Shown: piece by piece, positions 8,914 through 16,312 of the stretch
Layout of the letters: each line of letters begins with the position of its first letter
How positions within the stretch are numbered: position 1 is the first letter of the stretch
IMG/VR virus record: IMGVR_UViG_3300029309_000007
Direction: 5' to 3' (one strand)
Origin: an uncultured virus (IMG/VR IMGVR_UViG_3300029309_000007)
Lineage: Duplodnaviria > Heunggongvirae > Uroviricota > Caudoviricetes
DNA: 64,000 nucleotides
Made by a program: the position numbers and the translations under genes
The notes under the pieces: model-generated
Database searches by the model: none
The model's input: the letters and a program-made list of their open reading frames with translations, nothing else
What the model was told of the DNA's origin: nothing

Positions 8914-8989
8914 GGGCGTATGGTGTAATTGGATAGCATTCTGGCCTTCTAAGCCGGAGATTCGGGTTCAAATCCTGATATGCCCGCCA
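8914..8989 (+). tRNA. tRNA-Arg(TCT)
   Basis: Acceptor stem GGGCGTA/TATGCCC, anticodon arm CTGGC-CTTCTAA-GCCGG, T loop TTCAAAT, encoded CCA. Confidence 0.95.
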
Positions 8990-8999
8990 ACTCAACAAA

Positions 9000-9046
9000 G
9001 TGTATAGGTTTCTTTTAAAATGACCTACGAATGGGTGCAAAGCCTA
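9000..9046 (+). ncRNA. putative structured cis-RNA motif, copy 2
   Basis: GTGTA-TAGGTT-9nt-ATGACCTA-CGAA-TGGGTGCAAAGCCTA, co-linear with the copy at 26014. Confidence 0.55.
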
Positions 9047-9060
9047 AAGGAGAAATAAAT

Positions 9061-9321
9061 ATGCAATTTTTAGCAGAAAAGAAAAAACCAGTAGAATTTA
9101 GGATAGTGGACGACGAGGAATTACCTCCCATTATCTTTACACAGAACGAAAATGACGAAGTAAAGGTTGTGATTAACACATATCACAAAATTTGGATTTG
9201 TCTGAACCGAAGAACAATTTTGGGTGCTTTAGATGCTTTAGGGGAAAAGATTGATACTATCTTAACTTCTCATCTATCCGACCAAAGAATGTTTGAAAAG
9301 CAGGATAGGGAGATGATTTGA
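9061..9321 (+). CDS. hypothetical protein
   Basis: AGGAGA RBS before ATG 9061. Confidence 0.65.
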   Translation: MQFLAEKKKPVEFRIVDDEELPPIIFTQNENDEVKVVINTYHKIWICLNRRTILGALDALGEKIDTILTSHLSDQRMFEKQDREMI

Positions 9322-9404
9322 ATGTTTAAGGGACTATTTAAATTTATTGCAATCATTAGCATTTTTGGCCCATTATTTTTTCTCATTCATGGTGGTGATG
9401 ATGA

Positions 9405-9563
9405 ATGGTGATAACAAAATGCTTTTGTGGCGTTTATGGACAAATGACAAATTGTGATTCTTGTGGAAAACCAATGTGCCGTAAGTGTGCAAAGCATGAA
9501 ATTGTACAAAACGAACTCTACATCAAACATAATGTTTGTTTGAAGAATAAACAAAAGAGGTGA
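9405..9563 (+). CDS. 52-aa B-box-like zinc-finger protein (not in ORF track)
   Basis: MVITKCFCGVYGQMTNCDSCGKPMCRKCAKHEIVQNELYIKHNVCLKNKQKR; GGTGA RBS. Confidence 0.6.
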   Translation: MVITKCFCGVYGQMTNCDSCGKPMCRKCAKHEIVQNELYIKHNVCLKNKQKR

Positions 9564-9655
9564 ATACCTATGAATAAAACAGAAACAGAAACAAAGAAGA
9601 ACGATGATGCCCTTTATATGGGTGAAGAACATGGAGAGAACAAGGAGGAAGCAGA

Positions 9656-9859
9656 ATGATAAAAATGCGGATTTTGAATGAGACAGGACACACCGAATTG
9701 ACTTTGGAATCATCCGAAGTGATTGAGCAAATTGAAACCCACCCTACTCATTGGGTTTTCATTGACGGTGAATTGATGGCAAGAGAATCAATCCAAGAGA
9801 TTGATTGGAATGTCGTTCAGTCTGTTGATTTAACGCCAGCAATCGTGGGCGGTCAATAA
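9656..9859 (+). CDS. ubiquitin-like (ThiS/MoaD/SAMP beta-grasp) protein with C-terminal GG-Q
   Basis: 67 aa; MIKMRI first strand, VFIDGEL, VDLTPAIVGG-Q; strong GGAGG RBS. Confidence 0.85.
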   Translation: MIKMRILNETGHTELTLESSEVIEQIETHPTHWVFIDGELMARESIQEIDWNVVQSVDLTPAIVGGQ

Positions 9860-9860
9860 A

Positions 9861-9902
9861 TCAGCATTTGCTGACTTCTACGGGGGAGGGGAACCTCCCC
9901 CT
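9861..9902 (+). terminator. two stem-loops after the Ubl gene
   Basis: TCAGCATTTGCTGA and GGGGGAGG-GGAA-CCTCCCC. Confidence 0.45.
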
Positions 9903-9919
9903 ATTTGGGGGGAGAAATA

Positions 9920-10294
9920 ATGGATTTAAAAAATTTTATATCTAAAGATGCTTTGCATCTAATGATTTCTTTAAATGGTTGGAAGCACCCCAGAACAAAA
10001 GAACTCGGAAATGTTTCGGTGTTTAAGCCGGACTTCTATGATACTGGGCATGTTATTGCTAAAACAGATAAAGCAATAATTCAAGCAAAGGGCTATACTG
10101 TCGTTCACTACAAAGAAAAAACATATTGTGATGTTGACGCTTTGTTAAAAGAACATGGTGTTGATGCAATACTTGATTTTAACAATTGGAATTTTGAAAT
10201 AGAAAAGGAATGGGTTATTTTTAAAGGTGGAGAATGGCAAACATCTTTCACAACTTTGGATAAACTTCCAAAGAAAACAAAATACCGTTGTTGA
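9920..10294 (+). CDS. hypothetical protein
   Basis: GGAGA RBS before ATG 9920. Confidence 0.65.
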   Translation: MDLKNFISKDALHLMISLNGWKHPRTKELGNVSVFKPDFYDTGHVIAKTDKAIIQAKGYTVVHYKEKTYCDVDALLKEHGVDAILDFNNWNFEIEKEWVIFKGGEWQTSFTTLDKLPKKTKYRC

Positions 10295-10610
10295 TGCTAT
10301 GTTATCGTATGATGAAATGAAATTGGTTTGTATTTCATATATGGATGATTTTTCCAGAATCAATCAAAATAGATTGATGAGAACCATTGATTTATGCGAT
10401 ACAAACGGCGATGAAAGAGAAAAGAAGTTTCTTTTGAACAGCACACTTAACATTGTTCTTTGGGACTTTGAAGATGCAGTTCAAATGGGATTTCACAAAT
10501 TTCTCAAAACTAAATTTGTAGAAAGACATGAAGCAATTCAATACCATGAGGCCAACAAACAAGATTGTTCGGGTTGTAAAATTTGTAGAATACAGGCGAT
10601 GGTCTTATGA
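10227..10610 (+). CDS. hypothetical protein with C-terminal CxxCxxC (start uncertain)
   Basis: Track ORF ending in ..DCSGCKIC.. Confidence 0.55.
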   Translation: MENGKHLSQLWINFQRKQNTVVDAMLSYDEMKLVCISYMDDFSRINQNRLMRTIDLCDTNGDEREKKFLLNSTLNIVLWDFEDAVQMGFHKFLKTKFVERHEAIQYHEANKQDCSGCKICRIQAMVL

Positions 10611-10774
10611 AAGAAAAAGACCCTGAATATCAAAAAAGCCATTGGTCTTACAAAAATAGGGTAGCAACCCGTTGTAGGATATGTGGAGGGCAATTAATTT
10701 TGCCAGAAGAATGTAGGGCAGAAATGCACCAAGAATGTAAAAAAAATATCAAAGATAACACATATATGATGTGA
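10607..10774 (+). CDS. 55-aa zinc-finger microprotein (not in ORF track)
   Basis: ..TRCRICGGQLILPEECRAEMHQECKK..; ATGA overlap. Confidence 0.6.
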   Translation: MKEKDPEYQKSHWSYKNRVATRCRICGGQLILPEECRAEMHQECKKNIKDNTYMM

Positions 10775-10778
10775 TAGA

Positions 10779-11975
10779 ATGAATGAAAGAAAATTAGAAT
10801 TTAGAATTAGAAAACCAAACGATTCAGGAGAATATTGGACTGTTCCTGCAAGTATTCAGTCCATTGGCGATGATACTTCAATGTTGTTTAAAATTAGTAG
10901 AAACAGATATACTGCTAGTCCAAATCGACAATCAAAAGACCCCGTTCTCGGTGGTATAAATTATATGTTTCGTGATTTACTACAAATCAGGAGAAGAAGA
11001 AAATATACTTATTCGACTCAACCTGCGGAATATAAGGGCATTTTAAAAATTAAAGACTTGCCTATTATGATATCTAAAACAGACATTAGATATGAGATAA
11101 ATGGAAAAGCACAGTCATTAAATACTATTTGTAGTGTCTTAGCGAGAGTCTTATTCAAAGCAACAACGACGGATGACACGAATGCTTTGATGAAGACTTT
11201 ATATTCTCATTTAGATATTCCTGAACAAGTTAGATATGCTATTGAAAACAAAGTACCATATCACTTTTTCCATGAATTTGAAAAACATGAGGTTCGCCTC
11301 AATATTCAACAGATTGATTCTGATGAATATGCCATTGAAGTTAGCGATGGTGTTTGGGGAACAATGGCTACAAAAGATGTAGTAGTTTTTGTCAATACTT
11401 ATCTACACGGTCATAAAAGAGGAAATTGGCATAGAGTTTCACCACAAAGCCTTTATGAGAGAACCGTTGGCAAAAAACCATCCGAATCTGATATTAAGGT
11501 CATGCGGGAATTCCTAAAACAGAACAGAACCTCTGCCATTGTAGAGCAAAGAGCAAGAGATTTAGTACAAGAAATGGAAATCCAATACAAAGAAAGAATT
11601 GAAGTGCGATGGGATAATAATAATATGCCAGAAAAAATCTTTGTTCGTGGAAATCAATACGATTGGTTGCTTACTTCAAGAGGCTATAAACAAAACTTTC
11701 AAATGGTTTCAACCTTTATCTGGCAACCAAGATGTGTTGAGATGAAAAAGGGCGATACTGAAGAAGACTTAATACCTCGATGGCAAGGGCCAATTTGTAT
11801 TGATAATATGAATAGTGATTCTTCTCTTGGTGACCAATTTGCCGCAAGAGTTCTAGCCTTCATAAATGATAATATGACTATAAAAATAGTGAACACAATT
11901 AGAAGCAGAATAACAACAGAACCAAATGAATGTAGAGTGGATAAAAATGATGTGTCAAGAATGTGGAATGAATGA
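10779..11975 (+). CDS. 398-aa protein with a GPICID Cys motif (E2-like or DUF4132-C-terminal-like; unresolved)
   Basis: IFVRG..WQGPICID..SLGDQFAARVLAFIND. No HPN motif. Confidence 0.7.
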   Translation: MNERKLEFRIRKPNDSGEYWTVPASIQSIGDDTSMLFKISRNRYTASPNRQSKDPVLGGINYMFRDLLQIRRRRKYTYSTQPAEYKGILKIKDLPIMISKTDIRYEINGKAQSLNTICSVLARVLFKATTTDDTNALMKTLYSHLDIPEQVRYAIENKVPYHFFHEFEKHEVRLNIQQIDSDEYAIEVSDGVWGTMATKDVVVFVNTYLHGHKRGNWHRVSPQSLYERTVGKKPSESDIKVMREFLKQNRTSAIVEQRARDLVQEMEIQYKERIEVRWDNNNMPEKIFVRGNQYDWLLTSRGYKQNFQMVSTFIWQPRCVEMKKGDTEEDLIPRWQGPICIDNMNSDSSLGDQFAARVLAFINDNMTIKIVNTIRSRITTEPNECRVDKNDVSRMWNE

Positions 11976-12798
11976 ATTTAAATTTAACGAGACTCTTGGA
12001 GAAACTGAATGTCTTTCTTGTGGACTTATTGTTCATAATGAGCCATTTGAAGAGCGTGTTAGTATCGTGAACAACGGTGTTTTAAAGCATAGTAGAGACA
12101 AGAAAAACCAATTAGGTTCAATTATTACAGGAAAGGGGTCGTATAAATATACGAAAAGAGGAAACAATACTGCTATCCCAACCCATATTACAAGAGCATT
12201 ATCTCTCTGTAAAATGGTGTTAGCGTCTGTTGTAGAAAATAGTCCCTTGACTGATAGAGTAGAAGAAGTGTATTTAGAATTGCAGAAGAAAAATATCTTC
12301 GGAAATCAAACTCTTGAAAATAGAGCAACTGCGGTTGTGCATTATGTTTTACGAGAAAACAAAACTCCTTTGCCGATTAAGGAAATCACCAAGGAGTTTA
12401 ACTGCAACCAAAAATCAGTCAAGAAACTAGTGAGGAAGATTGGCGGGTTCTATAAAAATAGAACCCTATATGCTCAAGCAGACCCACATTTTTTATTGTC
12501 GCAAACTGTTGTTAAAATTACAGATGACCCGTTCTTTTTGAGTCTTTGTGAAGAAACGATGAAAGCCCTTGAGCCAATCTTAGAAAGGGCAGACTATAAT
12601 AAAACACCGAGTTATTACGCTTGCGTTGCTTGGATTACCAAGAACATAAATCTGTATTCTTCAATTACTGTATCTAAGATTTCAAAGGCTACTGGAATCC
12701 ATAGAGCAACCATTTTTAAGAATACAAAAAATATCATCGCCTTTCTGGGATATACCGATGTAAAAGAAATGAAAGGAAAGAAAATTAAGGAGGAATAA
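11947..12798 (+). CDS. tfb: transcription initiation factor TFIIB/TFB homolog
   Basis: N-terminal Zn ribbon CQECG..GETECLSCGLIV, followed by two cyclin-fold-like repeats (AVVHYVLRE..PIKEI; ITVSKISKATGIHRATI). Confidence 0.85.
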   Translation: MMCQECGMNEFKFNETLGETECLSCGLIVHNEPFEERVSIVNNGVLKHSRDKKNQLGSIITGKGSYKYTKRGNNTAIPTHITRALSLCKMVLASVVENSPLTDRVEEVYLELQKKNIFGNQTLENRATAVVHYVLRENKTPLPIKEITKEFNCNQKSVKKLVRKIGGFYKNRTLYAQADPHFLLSQTVVKITDDPFFLSLCEETMKALEPILERADYNKTPSYYACVAWITKNINLYSSITVSKISKATGIHRATIFKNTKNIIAFLGYTDVKEMKGKKIKEE

Positions 12799-12800
12799 AA

Positions 12801-13217
12801 ATGAACGAATCGGAAATAATTAACGCTATTGAAGAAGGAGTCTTTGAGACTCTTAAAAACTTGAGAACAGATTGTCCTTTTTGTAAAGAACAAACAGAAA
12901 TTTATTTGAGGAAACAAAACAATACATTTTTAGCACTTACTGACCCATTGGACGACCTACAATTTATGCTCAATTTTAATTGGGACTGTCCTTTTTGTGA
13001 GAAAAATGTAAAACCTAAAGATGTTTTGCCTCTTTCTCCAGAAGAAGCAGAAGTTAAGAAGTATCAAGATATGGGCCACACTGTTGTTTGGCACATGGAA
13101 TATGACGCATTTCTCAATTATACGCTTGAGAAGAAGGTTGGCGTAGAGGATTGTGAGGATAAAAACTGTGAGTTTTGCACCAAAGAAATTGATTGGAAGA
13201 AAATTAAGGAGGGATAA
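12801..13217 (+). CDS. multi-Cys zinc-binding protein
   Basis: CPFC twice and CxxxxCxxC. Confidence 0.65.
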   Translation: MNESEIINAIEEGVFETLKNLRTDCPFCKEQTEIYLRKQNNTFLALTDPLDDLQFMLNFNWDCPFCEKNVKPKDVLPLSPEEAEVKKYQDMGHTVVWHMEYDAFLNYTLEKKVGVEDCEDKNCEFCTKEIDWKKIKEG

Positions 13218-13219
13218 AT

Positions 13220-13567
13220 ATGAAAACAATAGAAATCAAAGTGCCATGTGAAATACATGGATTAGAAATATACCATAGTGAAGGCGGTAAAGATTACTGC
13301 GAAGAATGTATGGTAGAAAGAATTGAAAACCAACTTGAAGGATATTCATTAAACACTATCGCTAGATGGATTCATAAGAACGCTAATTTAGATGCTGATT
13401 GGTGGACTATTTTCAAATATGCCCAGTCTTATCACATTGAAGAACTTGACGGGGTTATTTTGAATCCTGAATTTTATTCAAAGTTCTTGAAAAGCAAGCA
13501 AAAAAGATTCATTAGATTAAATAAGGGAGAATATCTTGCAGAAGAAATTGATAAGGAGGAATATTAA
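13220..13567 (+). CDS. zinc-finger protein
   Basis: CEIH...YCEEC. Its stop overlaps the E1 start. Confidence 0.65.
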   Translation: MKTIEIKVPCEIHGLEIYHSEGGKDYCEECMVERIENQLEGYSLNTIARWIHKNANLDADWWTIFKYAQSYHIEELDGVILNPEFYSKFLKSKQKRFIRLNKGEYLAEEIDKEEY

Positions 13568-14124
13568 TGAGAAAAGTATTAGTAATTGGAGCAGGTGGAA
13601 TTGGAAGTTTTCTAATTCCTACATTAGATAAAGTTGGTCTTTACCGAATTAGTGTAGCAGACCCCGATACAGTAGAAACAAAGAATCTACCGTATCAAAA
13701 TTTTAAGAAAGGCCATGTTGGTCAGAATAAAGCACAAGTTATGATGGATTCATATGAATCTGTGGCAACTTTCAGCAAGTTCCCAGTTTTGACAGAAAAG
13801 CAAATGTCAGGATATGACCTTGTAGTTTGTTGTGTTGATAATTTGAGCGTGAGAAGAACCCTTTACAATTCAAATGTAAAGTGGTTAGATTTGCGAGCGC
13901 AGGGAAGAAATGCGGCTTTGGTTAGTTTTTTGGCTGATGCAAAAATGTATGATACTTTGCTTGCAGGAAAAGACGGCTCATTTAGTTGTCAAGGAGATTC
14001 ATGGGATGGTTCAAATAAGGGAGTCCATTTCATGCAAGTCGCTATCGCTGGCTTGGGCGCACAATGGGCGCAACGATTCTTTAACCAAGAAGAAGTAAAA
14101 GAATATATGGTACTAAATGCATAA
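13567..14124 (+). CDS. ThiF/MoeB/E1-family ubiquitin-like activating enzyme
   Basis: VLVIGAGGIGS, DPDTVETKNLPYQ, VGQNKA, CCVDNLSVR; candidate catalytic Cys in FSCQG. Confidence 0.92.
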   Translation: MRKVLVIGAGGIGSFLIPTLDKVGLYRISVADPDTVETKNLPYQNFKKGHVGQNKAQVMMDSYESVATFSKFPVLTEKQMSGYDLVVCCVDNLSVRRTLYNSNVKWLDLRAQGRNAALVSFLADAKMYDTLLAGKDGSFSCQGDSWDGSNKGVHFMQVAIAGLGAQWAQRFFNQEEVKEYMVLNA

Positions 14125-14136
14125 GGAGAGATAATT

Positions 14137-14724
14137 ATGGCAGGAAAAAAGAAAAGAGAAATATACAAATGGACTGATGAACAAGTGAAGTTTTTGTTAG
14201 ACAAGCCCCCCAACTATACTTGGGTAGATTTTGCAAAAATAATGAACAAAACCTTTAATGTGAATAGAAATACGGGTTCTGTTTATGCTAAATACAAAAA
14301 AGAGAAAATGCTCAGAAATCTGGCTAGTGAAAAAGATGAAGCGCAAGAGGCTATAAAAGAACCAATTTCTGAGCCGGATGAGCCGAGATTTTCTCGGACT
14401 CGTAAGCGATGGACTCCACAGGAGGAATTAGAGGTTTTGGTGAACTTTTATTCGCTTTCTGTTGATGAAGCGAGAGAGCGATGGCAAAGGCCGTATAGAG
14501 CAATCGCAGGGCGATTAGAGTCTATTTGCGATATGACAGAACCTCATCACGAATCGCTACTTATGGAGGCCGCTAAGATAGTCAAACAAAAGGAGGCTAT
14601 GAAGCGTAAGCCAACCCGAAAGGAGCGAAAATTGGCTAAGAGAGCCGCAAAAATAGCCAAAAAGCAAGACCGCTTGGCGAAGAAAATCCAACACTTAGAG
14701 AGAGGAATGAAGAATGACAGATGA
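14137..14724 (+). CDS. Myb/SANT-like HTH repeat protein with a basic tail
   Basis: YKWTDEQVKFL and KRWTPQEELEVL repeats. Confidence 0.65.
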   Translation: MAGKKKREIYKWTDEQVKFLLDKPPNYTWVDFAKIMNKTFNVNRNTGSVYAKYKKEKMLRNLASEKDEAQEAIKEPISEPDEPRFSRTRKRWTPQEELEVLVNFYSLSVDEARERWQRPYRAIAGRLESICDMTEPHHESLLMEAAKIVKQKEAMKRKPTRKERKLAKRAAKIAKKQDRLAKKIQHLERGMKNDR

Positions 14725-15262
14725 AATAATAAATCAGAGATTTGAGGCTTGTCGCCATGTTGAAGATGTTTGGACTCAATGTTTGTTAAACAGTTCAAAT
14801 ACTGTTAAAAACAGAGATTTTCGCCATGTTGAAGATTCAGAACACATGGTTCCTTTGCACGATGCTATTTGGTATGCTTCTACGGAAATTTTACCAAACC
14901 TTGAAGTGCAAGCAATCATTGATGCAAAAAACGACATCTATGTTTCAACAGGGACAGCAGGATATGTTGATTATTTGACGATTGACCCGAATCTTTTGAC
15001 GGGAATGAAATTGCCAATTAAATGTTGGATTCATACTCATCCATTTGGCTCGGCATATTTCAGTGGAACTGATTGGCGCACGATTAAAATTTGGAAAGAG
15101 AATTTGACTTGTGCTTATGTTCTTGGTGGAAAAATGTCCACTGATGCACATTATGGTTTTTGGAAAAACAATCGTCCAAATGAACTTGAAATTTATGTTG
15201 ATGGCGAACATGAAAAAACACAAAAATTGATACTAGTACCATTAAAGGAGGAAGAAGAATGA
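14714..15262 (+). CDS. JAB/MPN+ (JAMM) metalloprotease
   Basis: E(VQAII)...WIHTHPFGSAYFSGTD matches E-xn-HxH-x7-S-x2-D. Confidence 0.9.
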   Translation: MTDEIINQRFEACRHVEDVWTQCLLNSSNTVKNRDFRHVEDSEHMVPLHDAIWYASTEILPNLEVQAIIDAKNDIYVSTGTAGYVDYLTIDPNLLTGMKLPIKCWIHTHPFGSAYFSGTDWRTIKIWKENLTCAYVLGGKMSTDAHYGFWKNNRPNELEIYVDGEHEKTQKLILVPLKEEEE

Positions 15263-15666
15263 AGAAAGTAATATGGCAAGAAATGACTTACGAAGAACAG
15301 CAAGAGATTTTGGAAGATTTGAAAGAGAGTTGGCCTTCGTTCAAAAATGACCATCCTCGTTCAAGGAGTCCCTATCTTTGGCACAACATTAGTTTGAGAG
15401 ATTTTGTGGCTTATATGAATATGCCTCTCTATTCTTCTTGGCTTCAATACGAAAATGAATATAATCGTTTGCGTCGTGAAGAACGACAAAAAGATATGGA
15501 GGGGTTTTTAGAGCATTATTCTAAAACGCAACCTTTAGCGGCTAAAATGATTGAAGATATTTATGCTTCTCGTCGAGACTATGAAACTGTCAAGAAGATG
15601 TCTAAAATGGTTTTAGATTTTTTCCCGCCGAAGAACTGGCCTATTAGGAGAGGTGAACAAGAATGA
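15259..15666 (+). CDS. hypothetical protein
   Basis: Coupled ORF with RBS. Confidence 0.65.
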   Translation: MKKVIWQEMTYEEQQEILEDLKESWPSFKNDHPRSRSPYLWHNISLRDFVAYMNMPLYSSWLQYENEYNRLRREERQKDMEGFLEHYSKTQPLAAKMIEDIYASRRDYETVKKMSKMVLDFFPPKNWPIRRGEQE

Positions 15667-15983
15667 AAAGAATAATTAAAACAGGACAAACATACAAAAC
15701 AATTAAAAGTGGACTTAGTACGGCATTTAAATATCCAGACCGTCCAATGAGAGAATATGAATCTATTTCGCTCTTAGAAAGACAAAAGCGACATAGAGCG
15801 AACCATCCAAATGATAAAGGTGAACCAAGAAAAAATAAAGGAATCACTTATAGTAAAAGAACTCAAAGGGATAAAGACCTTGAAGAGTTCCATAAGAATA
15901 ACATTTGGACTTACATTAATCGTGATTTGGATAAAGGATGGGTCAATATTGAACATTATCATAAAAAGGAGGAAGAGGAATGA
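15663..15983 (+). CDS. hypothetical basic protein
   Basis: Coupled ORF with GAGGTGA RBS. Confidence 0.6.
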   Translation: MKRIIKTGQTYKTIKSGLSTAFKYPDRPMREYESISLLERQKRHRANHPNDKGEPRKNKGITYSKRTQRDKDLEEFHKNNIWTYINRDLDKGWVNIEHYHKKEEEE

Positions 15984-16204
15984 GTTGGAAGGCAATTGGA
16001 GAATGGGTAGTTATTGAGAAAACAGTTTCATCTGGAATGGGTAAAATCGTACAGATGTCTGATAATCAGGGTAAAGTTATTTCTTGTGCAATAAAATCTG
16101 ATATTGTTGGAAAAACTGTTATCTTTGACAAGTTTAGTCGCATTAACTCGGAGAGCAAGTATGTTCTCGTTAAGTATCAAGATGTTATGGCGGTGAAAGA
16201 ATGA
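15980..16204 (+). CDS. groES: GroES-like co-chaperonin
   Basis: KAIGEWVVIE..SSGMG..GKVIS..VGKTVIFDKF..KYVLVKYQDVMAV; lies upstream of groEL. Confidence 0.75.
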   Translation: MSWKAIGEWVVIEKTVSSGMGKIVQMSDNQGKVISCAIKSDIVGKTVIFDKFSRINSESKYVLVKYQDVMAVKE

Positions 16205-16312
16205 CGAAGAAAACAAAGACAATCAAAAAAATGACGGAAGAAGAGAAAAAGATGTGGAAGAAAAAGATTGAACAAATAAAAGCAAACTTAGACCATTTGA
16301 CAGGTGTTTGAA

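Noticed and set aside
13990..14020. SWDGS in the E1 protein as a fourth copy of the GxWDG motif
   Set aside because: It lacks the preceding LxKx[YF][KR] helix pattern and is probably coincidental.
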